Shown in pieces: positions 52,600 to 64,000 of a stretch of DNA of 64,000 nucleotides. The DNA is from Octopus sinensis (taxonomy: Eukaryota): contig NW_021836131.1 of the NCBI RefSeq assembly GCF_006345805.1, forward strand, positions 280,694 to 344,693. The letters run 5' to 3'. How positions within the stretch are numbered: the stretch's first letter is position 1; each line of letters starts with the position of its first letter. The notes under the pieces were generated by a model. It worked only from the letters and a program-made list of their open reading frames with translations. It was not told where the DNA came from and did not search any database. The translations under genes and the position numbers were made by a program.

Positions 52600-53899
52600 A
52601 CCTTAAGATCAATCTTAGCTTCGTACTCGTCAGCATGACGCTTTCGCGGATGTCAAAGATCAGACTACTGAAATACTGAACTTAGCAAAAATTTGATTTT
52701 TGTTTTGGATGGACCCATATATCACGAAAATGGACTTAAATTAGATTTTTCTGCAGCATGAAGCTGACTTAAGATAAATATATTGAAAGTTTGCATAATA
52801 AAAATGTTTATTTCATTGGCTGAACATAATTTGAATCATTTTGGTCGAGCCTGGTTTGTTTTTCAAAATTGGCGTCTATACCAGAATATCACGTGGCAAG
52901 ATCAATCGTGTCATAAACGATTATTCCTAGCCAGGTTTTTAAGTTTTTTTTTATATTTATTTTTTAGTCAAAAAAATCATTGGCTCTCAAACCCCCATTA
53001 CGGATCATTGCAAGGCGGAGTCGCGATCGGTATAATCGCCGATTTAGTGGACCTAAGGATATATTCAGATATTAATGATTCTTATCACTGGGTACTTTGG
53101 CTATATAAAGATTAGATTCTTGTATTGTCGATTCTTTTTTCGAAATTCGCGATATTGATTTATCTTTTACCAAAAGAGCTCATGAAATTGCTTCGTATTT
53201 CAGAACATCTTTTATTATATTGGCCACCATTGATCTTGCATACAGACAATGGTAAAGAATTTGCAATGACCATGTCGCCCGTTTATGTGAAAAGTACAAA
53301 ATTAAACTGTCCGTGGACGACCATCCTTGGGTAACAGGACAAGTGGAAAGGTTGTAGATAACATTTCTTTAGACTAATCAGAGTATCAAAAGATGGATTT
53401 TTGGGATGTATAAACATGTAATTTAGGCAAGATAATGACGCTAAACAAACGACAATATCCACTTTATGATGGATTAGAGATGGTGAAATACACAATTGTG
53501 GCAAAAGATTTTGTAGACTGTACAAAGTGAGACAGGTGACATTATGAGAAAATACATGTTTCACGCTTAATTAAATTGGGAATGATCCTTCTGTGATTCC
53601 TTGATAGAAACGTTTTAAACTAATAAGAGCTTTAAAATTTTTTTATTAACAAAAAGAATAATTATTTATAAAGATATGGATAAGCCAAAATTATAGATTG
53701 CTAAATAATTACTCATATTTTACACGGTATGTTGGTTTTTGGGAAAAAATTCATGTTTCAGTCCAAATTTTTTCTATCAGAAAAGCATATGCGAACATTA
53801 GGTTAGCTTTGTATTAATTTTTAATTTTAAAAGTTTTTATTTCTTTTATATGAATTTTTAGTGTAATATCTGGCGGAGTAACAGTTGTGGCCTGTGACA
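52600..53899 (+). mobile_element. Third degenerate Ginger2-like integrase element
   Basis: IADLVDLRIYSDINDSYHWVL, DSFSKF, LILHTDNGKEF, GQVER; 3' terminus ..GGCCTGTGACA at 53899. Confidence 0.65.
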
Positions 53900-54259
53900 T
53901 TTTTTAATTGTTTTTCATTTCGACTTTTTTTTAATGAACAAAATCTTAGCTACAAGTTTAGTGTCACGTTTAGACGATTTTATATTTAAAATATCATTTG
54001 AGGCGTATTTCCCATTATTTAATAGTTCTATTTTGTATCGCTTTCGATAGATTTGTTTTTTGCAGATTCAAACTGGCTTAAAAAGTTTGAGACACCATCA
54101 ACTATGCATTCAGTTTAGGAATTCGAGCTACCGTGTTAGAAATGTTGGGTCAAAAATTTTTAAATGATGACCAATTTGCAAGTATTAGGGCGGTTTACGG
54201 TTTGTGGTCTGTAACCGTCATCATCTATCACAGTTTTTTGAATTTCAATGAAACAGATT

Positions 54260-55310
54260 CAAATGTCAGGCCAAACTTCCTGTATCCTCTGGCGGTCTGG
54301 GGCTTCGCTCCGCGCTCGACCTTTCTCTTCCCGCTTTCCTTTCATCTTCTTCAGATTGTATCTTCTTGTCCATAAGATTCTTGAAAAATCACCCGAATCA
54401 ACTTTGGACTCTGATATCAATTCTGCACTCTTGCTTTGGAAGGAAAAGCATTTTTGTCTTACCGTCAGAACGATCTCTCCAACGTGAATGGACAAAATTA
54501 TTTGTGAATATTACGTTGACTCGTTGGAGCGTCTCTTGGACCAGCACAGACTAGCTTGCTTCCGTGCCAGTCGCCAACCGTATTCTGGCTCCTGGCTTAA
54601 CTGCCTTCCCACGACCCATTTGGATACCTGCCTCGACTCTGATGCCCTCCGTTTTGGAATATGCCTTCGTCTGGGATTACCGATTTGTAATCCCCACCCC
54701 TGCCGTGTGGATCAACGATGGACACATACGGGCTCCATGCCCTTTCCTGCAAGAAAAGCGCAGGTCGCATACCTCGTCATTCGGCTCTTAACAAGATCAT
54801 TCTCCATGCCCTCGAAAAGGCAGGGTATCCTCTGTCCTTGAGCCAATTGGTCTTGACCGGGGTGATGGAAAAAGGCCTGATGGCTCGACGTTGTTCGCTT
54901 TCAACGCTGGTAAACCACTAGTTTGGGATGCCACGTTGTTGATTCCTTCTCCAAGTCGGCCATCAACGAATCCGCCTCTCTGCCCGGGTCCCGTGCTAAT
55001 AGGGCTGAACATACAAAATCCGAAAATACCGGGGCTTGTTAGACGCGCTTTTGGTTTTGGCCAATTGTTGTTGAGACTTCGTGCGTCTTTGGCACAAAGA
55101 CAGTTGATCATCTAAAGAAACTTGGCCACCTCTGTTCTTTACGCTCCAAGGATCCTAGGGAATTTACTTTCCTAATCCAAAGGATCCTGTTGGCCGTTGT
55201 GCGTGGGAACAGCTGTTCCATCCGGCTTGCTGGCCGATTAATTTCTGATTAATTTGGCTTTCCATATTTTTTTAATAAATACCTATGAAGACTAAAAAAA
55301 AAAAAAAAAA
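54260..55310 (+). mobile_element. 5'-truncated CRE-like retrotransposon
   Basis: SGSWLNCLP, HALSC, RH, KRPDG, WDAT, VVRGNS; long poly(A); 13-bp TSD AATGAAACAGATT (54247-59, 55311-23). Confidence 0.92.
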
Positions 55311-55801
55311 AATGAAACAGATTGAGCAATACTCTCAATGATTGACGTAAGTCTTCAGAATTTATTAAATATGTGTTTTTTATTTATTATTATACTAAAT
55401 ATAAATTATATAGAACAAATTTTTAAAGAGTAAATGTATGGTCGAAATTTATTTTTGTATTTCATCATATATTTTGTTACTATCGACAAATAGATTTTTA
55501 AACGATTCAAAAAGTCTTTTTTGCACATTCTAGGATCGTTTTGATAAATTCTTCAAACTTTTCATTTTTATTTATCTCAAATTTTTAGAAATTTATACTT
55601 TGAAAAACACAAGAACCTTCTTTATATTTGCTTTGTTTCTTTGATAAACCAATTTATGCGTTGTTTTGTCTACACTATGTGTTAAAAGTCATAATCAAGT
55701 TTAAGACTAAGATACGGAGTAAAGACATATCTTAATAATAAAATGGTATGGTGTGTGTCTGTCTGTCTGTCTGTGTGTGCACACCAACTTCAAATTGGCA
55801 A

Positions 55802-56220
55802 TACGATGTCCTCGACTTACATGATGAGGTCCTTAAAACCTTCCCCCCAAAAAAAATTAAAAAAAATTTTTCTGCATTTTGGTCAAAATGAACAACTACG
55901 ATGTATTCGACTTACATGATGAGGTCCTTAAAACCTTCCCCCCCAAAAAAAATTAAAAAAAATTTTCTGCATTTTGGTTAAAATGAACAACTACGATGTC
56001 CTCGACTTACATGATGAGGTCCTTAAAACCTTCCCCCCAAAAAAATTAAAAAAAAAATTTCTGCATTTTGGTTAAAATGAACAACTACGATGTCCTCGAC
56101 TTACATGATGAGGTCCTTAAAACCTTCCCCTAAAAAAATTAAAAAAAAATTCTGCATTTTGGTTAAATGAACAACGCGAATGTCCTCGACATTCATGATG
56201 AGGTCCATTAAAACCTTCCA
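55802..56220 (+). repeat. ~95-bp tandem repeat x4.5 inside the Helitron
   Basis: Unit TACGATGTCCTCGACTTACATGATGAGGTCCTTAAAACC... starts at 55802, 55897, 55992, 56086 and ~56176. Confidence 0.95.
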
Positions 56221-56436
56221 GGCAAAAATCTCACGTATTAAGAATATCCTTGATAAAAACGACAGCGAGAATATTAACAATGATGAACTCCCAATTATTC
56301 GCGATAAAGAAATTCAATTCATCCTATGTTTTTCTCTTTAAAATTAAATGCATATATCATTATCGACCATGAATCAAAATTAAAGCTATTATCATATTTG
56401 ACTTTGACAGAATGTGCAATCACAGATTGCAAGACT

Positions 56437-56633
56437 TTGAATAGAGTGTGCAATTAACAGATTTTGAAAAACCACTTTGATAGTTGAAACCACATTAGCA
56501 CAATCATTAACACAATTTACCACCAATTGACGCACGACCTTGAATAGAGTGTTCAATTAACAGATTTTGAAAAACACTTTGATAGTTGAAACCACATTAG
56601 CACAATCATTAACACAATTTACCACCAATTGAC
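56437..56633 (+). repeat. ~103-bp direct repeat x2 inside the Helitron
   Basis: TTGAATAGAGTG...CACCAATTGAC at 56437 and 56540. Confidence 0.9.
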
Positions 56634-57402
56634 AGCGCAATCTGAAGAATTTGCGTAAAAATATTCACTATTTAGTTAAGTTTTTCGTAAAGATAGAATT
56701 TATTTTCGGTATGTCTCTTTTCCTAAACTTTTTTATTATTCGAAAATAATTTTTCAATAGATAACCGAAGGAGGGAAGACGAAGCTGAAGAAAAAACGGG
56801 CACCTTAAGGTAATTAATTAAATCTTTTTTGTGTGTCGCTTTTTTGGTTGCTGCTACTACTCTGCCTGCCCCATTTCCGCCAGTGGTTTATTACGAAATC
56901 TTGCGCCACCTAAATTATGCAACGGAACGAGGTTAGTTATCAAAAATTTAATGGCTAACGTAATAGAGGCGACGATATTAACAGGTAAGTATAGAGGTGA
57001 GGATGTTTATATTCCACGAATTCCGATAATTTCTGATGAATTACCATTTAGATTTAAAAGGCTGCAATTTCCTTTGAGGATGAGTTTTGCAAACAATAAA
57101 CAAGGCCCAGTGACACTCATTAAAGGTAGTTGGGTTATTTTTAGAGAATGAGTGCTTTTCACATGGACAGCTGTATGTGGGATGCTCGAGGGTAGGCAGA
57201 AGAGAAAATTTATTCATATATGCCAAGGAAGGACGGACGACAAACATCGTTATCAACAGGCGATAGAATAGGGTTACATTAAACCAGGTAGTTTTATACA
57301 TCTACATAAACTTATAGTTGTTTGATGAAACAGGCCCTCCGCAGGAGCTAGGTCGCGGTGAGCGAAGCGAGCTGCCGAGCTAGTGAGTAAATAAGACAAA
57401 TA

Positions 57403-59855
57403 TGTGACATGGGCAGCGCGTTACGCATGGGCAGCGCGTTACATTTTTTGACATTGAAACTGTCAAATTAGAATTCTTTGATTAGCCGAAATTTAATTTT
57501 TTATAGTGAAAAAAAATATATTAAATGAATCGATTTCAAACATGTTAAATAATCTTTAATTTATTAATGTTACAATTATTAAAATTTTAATTTTTTAACT
57601 TGACAAACCTACATTTCTAGCGTGTTTTTTCTTGTTTTCTCTTTTGTGATGAGTTCTTACAAGGGTTTTGTAAAAGACATTATCGAAATATGATTTTAAA
57701 GGATGCGTTGGCTGGTAAATTTCCCGAAAATTTTTCGAGGCACAAAAATATAGGCTTGCAAATAAAATAAAGAATTTTACTATGTCGCGAGCGCAGCGAG
57801 CGACCGAGCGCAGCGAGCGACCACTCAATTTCTAGATCCGATCAATCAAAAAATCTATAAATTGACAAATACCCAGGCTTGTATTTGGGATTAAATATAT
57901 TCGATAACAAAAATTAAAATCGATGCCAAAGCAGAATGAGCTTTAAAACCGATTTCATAAATAAAAATAATATTTTAAAATTTATAATTGATATTTTAGA
58001 ATAATGAGAAAAAATCTAAATGCTTCATAATTTATAAAAATGTCAAAACAAGAATCTTCTGAAGGAGCAAGCCTGTCTGCACAGTTCATTTTTGATTAGA
58101 AGACCTAATTTTAGAGATTAAAACGAAAAAATAGCAATGAGATCTGTCAAATTATTACCCCCCTCACAACCTAAACCAAATTAGCGTTCAGTATTCATTG
58201 ATTTTACTTTTTCTATTAAGGTCTACTTATAAATTATTTTATGGGATTCAATGGAAAACTTAAGTTATTTCAATTTTACTTTTAAATCATGTTAAAATTT
58301 TAAATAATTTAATAAATATATTTGTTGATGATAGGCTTGTTAGGTGTCAAAGTTGCGTCTAGCGCTCGGTCGCGCGCTGCGCTCGCGACATACTATCATA
58401 ATGAAAGGTATTTTGAATGCGCAATAAGTTTCAGATTGTATCTTAAATCCGCTGATCCCAAGTTAGTAATTACTCTGGATAATGAATCTGAAATGAGCTT
58501 GTTGCAAAAACATTGCACGAGTATTCTCACGGAGGAGTGAATAAAATTGAATATCAGTGTCGACAAAGGAACTTTACTGTAAAAAATGACATAATCAGAA
58601 AAGTAATTCGAAATTGTCAAGTCTGTAAATTTTCACGTCCTTTAAAAGTTTAGGCATTTTTTATTGTAGATTGGAAATATAATTCACCATGTTTTTGCTT
58701 CTTGTCCTAATGAACGGTTTCAGATGAATCTTATAGATTTGAAAAAATTTTCAACTGTTAATCATGATTTTAAATAGATTTTAACGGTCATTGATGTCTA
58801 TAGCAGGTTGGTTAGTTAAAACAATCTTTATAGATTTGCCTTCGCCAGTCTCTTTATAATAAGTCGGGCAAAGAAGTATCGGAAAATTTAAAGTCATTAT
58901 TTTTTTTAAACGGCCCTGTCAAATTCTTCAGTCAGATAATGGGTCTGAGTTTAAGAATCAGGAAATAAAGAAAATTTGTTTTGATTTTAAATCAACAAAA
59001 TTCACGGAAGACCTAACAATCCACGGACACAGGGGATTGTAGAGAGATTCAACCAAACTTTAACAAGAAAGTTATCAAAAATGCTTGATAACAGCGAGAA
59101 AAAGTGGATAGTGGAATTAGAAAAGTGTGTACAGTTATAACATCTTTGTACATTCATTTTCTAATGAGAGCCCCTTTGAAAAATATAGGGGAATTAAGGA
59201 ATAAATCCAATAATTGGTGGTTATATATAATTATGTTTTAGATGATTCAAATGATTGTGTTATTTCAGAGCAAATGGAAGATTCATTTGATTGTTCAACT
59301 CCAGAGAGCGTAGAAAATTTGCGTAATCCAATTAAAATATATACGTAGATAATTCCGAGTCAGAATGTTCCTATCCGGATCCAAAAAAATTTAAATTTAT
59401 AAGGAAACCCATTGGTGAAACTTCTAATTATTACAAAGCTATGAACAGGAAAATGAATGTTCATAATAGTAAGTATGATTATAATGTCGGTGATAAAGTA
59501 AGAAATAAAAAATTAATAACTAGATTCGAATTAAAAAAGATTTTGGGACTAATCCATCGTTGCGACTGGATAAATTCGAATCACAGTACTATCCACCGCT
59601 GAAATAATAAATATTTTGTCAAATAATCGCGTAGAGGTAGTTTTAAATTTATTTATTTAATAGATTAAAGATTCAAATGGGGAAAAGTCTATAGTCGGGA
59701 TGGACAGGATTAAAAAACTTAATTAAATTAATTATTTTTGTAATGATAATTCAAAAATAGAGTGTTTGTTGAAGTTTATCGATAATTGACAGGTTAACAT
59801 TAATTGAAGGTCAGTGTAACGCGCATCCCATACGTATCATGTGGCCCATGTCACA
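57403..59855 (+). mobile_element. Complete Ginger2/Tdd-like DNA transposon with intron-containing integrase
   Basis: ~42-bp TIRs TGTGACATGGGC... / ...GCCCATGTCACA; 5-bp TSD AAATA (57398-402, 59856-60); HHCC (H..SH..CQVC), IDVYSR|FA, QSDNGSEF, QGIVERFNQTL, YNVGDK. Confidence 0.9.
57783..58390. mobile_element. Nested TGT...ACA MITE with GC-rich TIRs
   Basis: TGTCGCGAGCGCAGCGAGCGACCGAGCGC / GCGCTCGGTCGCGCGCTGCGCTCGCGACA; 5-bp TSD TACTA (57778-82, 58391-95). Confidence 0.92.
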
Positions 59856-60013
59856 AAATAATATTCTAATTCAAATTTGTTTTTAGTAAATACTGACGAA
59901 ACAGAATTAAAAGTTTTTTCTCTTATTTTTTAAAAAAAATGATGTCTCAAAATATCTTTAATAATAATTATATCAAAGTACATCATTTGCGAGACTTTAT
60001 TTAATTTAGTTTT

Positions 60014-60286
60014 GGTACATATGTAGTAGTTGGCGGCCCACTTTTTAGCGAATTTTAAAAAACTATATTTTTTGGGATGATTCCTCTGGATTGCATGAAA
60101 TTGATAGCTTCTGACATATTTGTGGGTAGATTGAATAGATTGACCTCACTTCTCATTTAAATTAAAGTAGCGTGGGATTTTATTATTTTTATATTGTATT
60201 ATTTTTAATTATATTTTTTTTAACTAAAAAAATATAGTTTTTTTAAAATTCGCTAAAAAGTGGCCGCCAACTACTACATATGTACC
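60014..60286. mobile_element. Merlin-type MITE
   Basis: ~60-bp TIRs starting GGTACATATGTAGTAGTTGGCGGCC; 8-bp TSD TTAGTTTT (60006-13, 60287-94). Confidence 0.85.
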
Positions 60287-60311
60287 TTAGTTTTTTTATT
60301 AATTAGAAAAG

Positions 60312-61153
60312 TTATAATTCAGTTATATCTATTTTATCGAATTTTCTGCATATTTATCTCTATAATTGAATTTTTCATTTTTGTTAATCATAAAAAAGTT
60401 TGAATATTCGTTTATATCAATGTAGTTATTCTAAATCAATATATTTATTGCAGAATAACCCTATCTGTATCTATTTGATCGAACGCTTCTTTGAACTTAC
60501 CGTTATAAAGATAATTCGAGATTATGAAAGGTCGAAGTTCTTCTTGTGTTAAAATATTATCTCCATTTTCGTCATAAAAATAGAAATTTTATATTTTATT
60601 TTCTAAATTTTTAGTTTAAAAATTGCTTCTGTATGACTCTTCTAAATCTATTTTTCCATCTTTATTATATCATATTCCTCCATAAATTTTTTCTAAAAAT
60701 TAAAAAACTTAAAAACAATTAAATTTACCACAGATCTCTGAATTTTAAATTCTATATCGACATTATAGTTCAACAGTGTAACGACTTCTTTGGCAGAAAG
60801 AAGACCATTATTATCTTGATCAAAATCATTGAATATATCTTCAGGTACAGGTTTATTAAAATTTGTATGTATCTGATTTAAATTCATCTCAGTAAGATTG
60901 TTTTGAGAAAATATAGATTCAATTTCTTTATAAGTTTCATTATACATAAATTATGTGTAAATTCAAAATATTCTTTCTTTGAAATTTTCCCGTTTTTATT
61001 TCTATCGATTAGATCAAATCGTTCACTATAAATTTTAGCATTTAATAAATTAACATACATTGCATCTTGATTAATATTTTCTGATATAATACAAATTTTT
61101 GGAGTTAAAAATCCAATTGATGAAATGATAACCAATTTCGACAGTAACCACAT
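60312..61153 (-). CDS. Secreted/ER multi-EF-hand protein (CREC: calumenin/reticulocalbin-like)
   Basis: Hydrophobic N-terminus; EF loops DRNKNGKISKKE, DQDNNGLLSAKE, DINKDGKIDLEE, DENGDNILTQEE, DTDRVI; C-terminus ITEL* if one homopolymer indel is corrected. Confidence 0.65.
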
Positions 61154-61289
61154 TTTAACGACTTTAAAAAACAAAGGGGTAAAGATTTATTACAATTTAG
61201 TTAGTTTTAGTTTTGAAAAATTAAAAAAAAATATGTAAATATTTTCTTAATATTAGCTGTATTTACAAAATTTTTATATTAGTATTTAA

Positions 61290-63156
61290 GGCAATTTTTC
61301 CATTTATAGACTGACATCGTCCTGGAACAAAACAAACCCAATTTATTCGTTTTCGACAAGAAATCAAATTTTTCTGGTTGAAGTTGGGATAACATTTTCC
61401 CGAAATTTACACCAATTGGAGATTCGAAAAATAAAAAATATGACCTTTTATCCTAAAAAGTGGAATTAATTTATTATAAAAAAGTGAGATAGTCCCATTG
61501 TATTAACATGGAATGAACTTTTAACTCAACAATTCTTCCAATAACGTTCGCTTAACATGCATACATACAATTATTAACAATAAAGAAAACCCTTAAGAGC
61601 ATGGTTGTTTTTTACAAGAACAAAGTTTAACCGTGGGAAAGGAGTCTTGAACTGAACGAAAAAATTAAAAAAAAATTTATCACCGAATAAGTGTGACCAC
61701 AACATCGCCAGTGCCTGTCAGCACCTCGAAAGGAAAGAGGCGGGCTTGTCTACCTTTATCATTTTGCAAATAGAGGAAGGAACGACCAGATGGAAAGATT
61801 ATTTAACTAATAAATACTTGCTTATCAAAATTTTTAGATAATATATAAAATTTTCATAATGCATTTTCTTTTGTTAATTTTTTATATGGGCAGAATTAAA
61901 GACAATGATTCAATTTCATTTTCATCTTCGTGGGATTTTAGTGACACTTGTCTCTCAGCTTTCCAATATCAACACAATTAAGTGTAGGAACGATCTAATG
62001 ATGTCAAAATCTAGTGTTGTTATTTTTTTCGTCCCTGTTTTTGATTCTTTCCTGTCACGCTCTAATTTTAAAATCCTTAATGTTTTCGGGCAGTAAAAAA
62101 TGGCAAAAACAACGAAAAATAATTCGACAACTAACTACTACTTTAAATAATCGGCCTTCCGATATAATCGACATGCAATAGTATATTTTAGTCATATAAA
62201 TTTAGAAATATATTAAAGACTATTTTTTGGTTTTATTTTTAGCTGTTTCATCGTGTTTATGCTGGTTATATAAGATATCGGCTGTGACATGATTTTCCGG
62301 AGGGAAGCAATGTTGATGACCTATTAAATAATTCAAAAATTATATACAAGAAAAATTGTTAAATCCCCGTTGAGAATATGAACTAAGCATGAGCTGATTT
62401 TCCATTTCAATTTGTTTAATCTTGTCTCTAATCATTTCTATTTCTGGATCATTGAAAGATGCTATTGGAATAAAAAAATGATTATAACGTTGAGGATGAC
62501 GCACTTGTCTATCCTTATATTCATTATATTGATTTTGTTCTTTTTCTAACAATATCGCCTCAGCCTCCATTTGGCTGAATTGACTCAAAATTGATGGATC
62601 AGAATTTCCGTTTTGCAAATATGAATTTCTCAAAGCTCTAATTATTAATAAAAATGGTTTATTTACATGATTTCTCCAACAATTGAGTTACTTCCTCCGG
62701 CTGGAAAATACTGAATATTTTTATTTCTAAAGAATTGTTTTTGGTCGTTATTTCCATCTTCTTCAAGTTGTAATTTAATAGATTTAATCAGTTTTTGTGT
62801 AATTTCTCGTCATCCAACATTCTTCTACGTAAGCTACTTACGTCTTCACGCGCGCTCCGAACATTTCATGATGAAATAAAGTCCGACCATCATAGTTGTG
62901 CATGTCTAAGATTTTAGTAGCTGTGAATATAAAAACTTTTTAATGGTTGCTGATAATATTTCAAAAAACTAATATCAGAAGAAATATCTAAATATTTATA
63001 TCAATAATATACCCATTTTCGTAGATTCCAGCTTACTCATTTGAGCACGTAGGGATTCCCATTTTTGTTGAATATTCAAATTCAAGTGATTTTAACTTAT
63101 TTGATAACTATAAAATTAAAATATACATTTAAAACATTGCAAGATCCTTTCTCCAT
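61290..63156 (-). CDS. Coiled-coil protein, CCDC17-like, multi-exon (3' extent uncertain)
   Basis: RNSYLQNGNSDPSILSQFSQMEAEAILLE resembles, from recall, the CCDC17 motif ([27 protein letters not shown]); coiled-coil exons separated by micro-introns. Confidence 0.45.
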
Positions 63157-64000
63157 TTAAAATAATTTGTGAGACACTATTCAAAAGAAAATTAATTCCT
63201 TTAGCAACCGTATTAAAATTAAAACATTTTTAATTAAATAAAATTCAAATGAAAAATTAGTTTAAAAAATTTGCTTAAATTGAATTAATCAACAAGAAAA
63301 ATGATTATCTCAATAGGAAAAAATCCACAAATACAACCAGGGAACGCAACTTCGATTTTAAAAGCTTCTACCTTTAAAAGAATCTAAATACATGATTTTT
63401 CTTTATATATTATTATCATTATTATTCAACCAAGACCACCGTCTATAAACCCCAATAAAACTAATTAGCTGATCCCAGCTCCTCTATGAAGAGTCCTCAA
63501 TTTCCCTGACGTTCTTCCCTTGTTCCCGCACATTTTCTATAGGGGCGCGGCAGGTGTGTCATTGTGTATGTCGTCCTCCCCCGTTTCTTCGCAAGATCTC
63601 CTCATAAGTAGAAACATTTAGTTATTCGTTCGTTCTTCTAGAGTTTTGCAAATTCTTGATTTAATTTTTGAAATTTTTTCCCGATTTGTGTAGCTGATCG
63701 TATTTCTCCACGCTGCGCAGGCGTAGCTAATTGTAGGTTTTATGTACTGCTTATAGACGGTTTGGCGAGTGTAATAAAGTTAATTACATTTCCAGTGTGA
63801 TCTTTCTTCTGGAATAAAAAATATGTCCCGGAGTAATTTGTATTATTTAAATTAATTATTTTTAATGTTAATTTTTTTTTGTTAATTATTTTTCGAGTTC
63901 GATTCCCAGAGGTTGCGTGTGCCGGAAACTCCGTTCGGGTTTTTACGAGTGACACCGTCATAAACATCTCACACATATGGAATCTCCGTGGAATGAATTA

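Larger units (their letters stand above)
55730..57383 (+). mobile_element. Non-autonomous Helitron with PIF1 helicase C-terminal fragment
   Basis: A|TC 5' end with (GTCT)n; LLRNLAPPKLCNGTRL...FKRLQFPLR..FSHGQLYVGCSRV; GC-rich subterminal hairpin and CTAG|T 3' end; no TSD. Confidence 0.88.

Noticed and set aside
54060-54259. Host exon interrupted by the CRE insertion
   Set aside because: No consistent frame or recognisable protein across the empty site.
55802-56220. CRISPR-like array, hammerhead ribozymes or C/D snoRNA cluster (ATGATGAG motif)
   Set aside because: Units repeat in full with no unique spacers. The core is CATGATGAG rather than CTGATGAG, and there is no GAAA stem or box D. It is a Helitron-internal minisatellite.

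Overview
AT-rich eukaryotic nuclear DNA from an animal-like organism with very short spliceosomal introns (mostly 22-35 nt, GT-AG, often without a polypyrimidine tract). This profile suggests a compacted parasite genome such as a dicyemid or myxozoan, which is an inference. Host genes read manually across the micro-introns are TBCE (3' part), WASP, GPATCH4, an SSBP/Ssdp LisH protein, a disrupted MICU2/3 copy, a CREC-type EF-hand protein and a CCDC17-like gene. The centre (~16.8-48 kb) has no intact host gene. It is dominated by a ~1.87-kb tandem repeat made of a hAT/Buster 5' end with truncated transposase, a decayed micro-intron gene fragment and a Helitron 5' end. The core units are nearly identical, while the edge units are diverged and invaded by TEs. 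The rest is a dense TE mix: at least 7 CRE-clade RT-RLE retrotransposon copies (one near full-length with an N-terminal PHD finger), a Jockey/I-type LINE, RTE- and R4-like remnants, intron-containing Ginger2/Tdd integrase transposons with 5-bp TSDs, a Helitron, Tigger, mariner, Tc1, Merlin and hAT elements, and a SINE. Many 1-bp indels in homopolymers, including inside host genes, suggest unpolished long-read errors, so frameshifts alone were not treated as proof of pseudogenisation.
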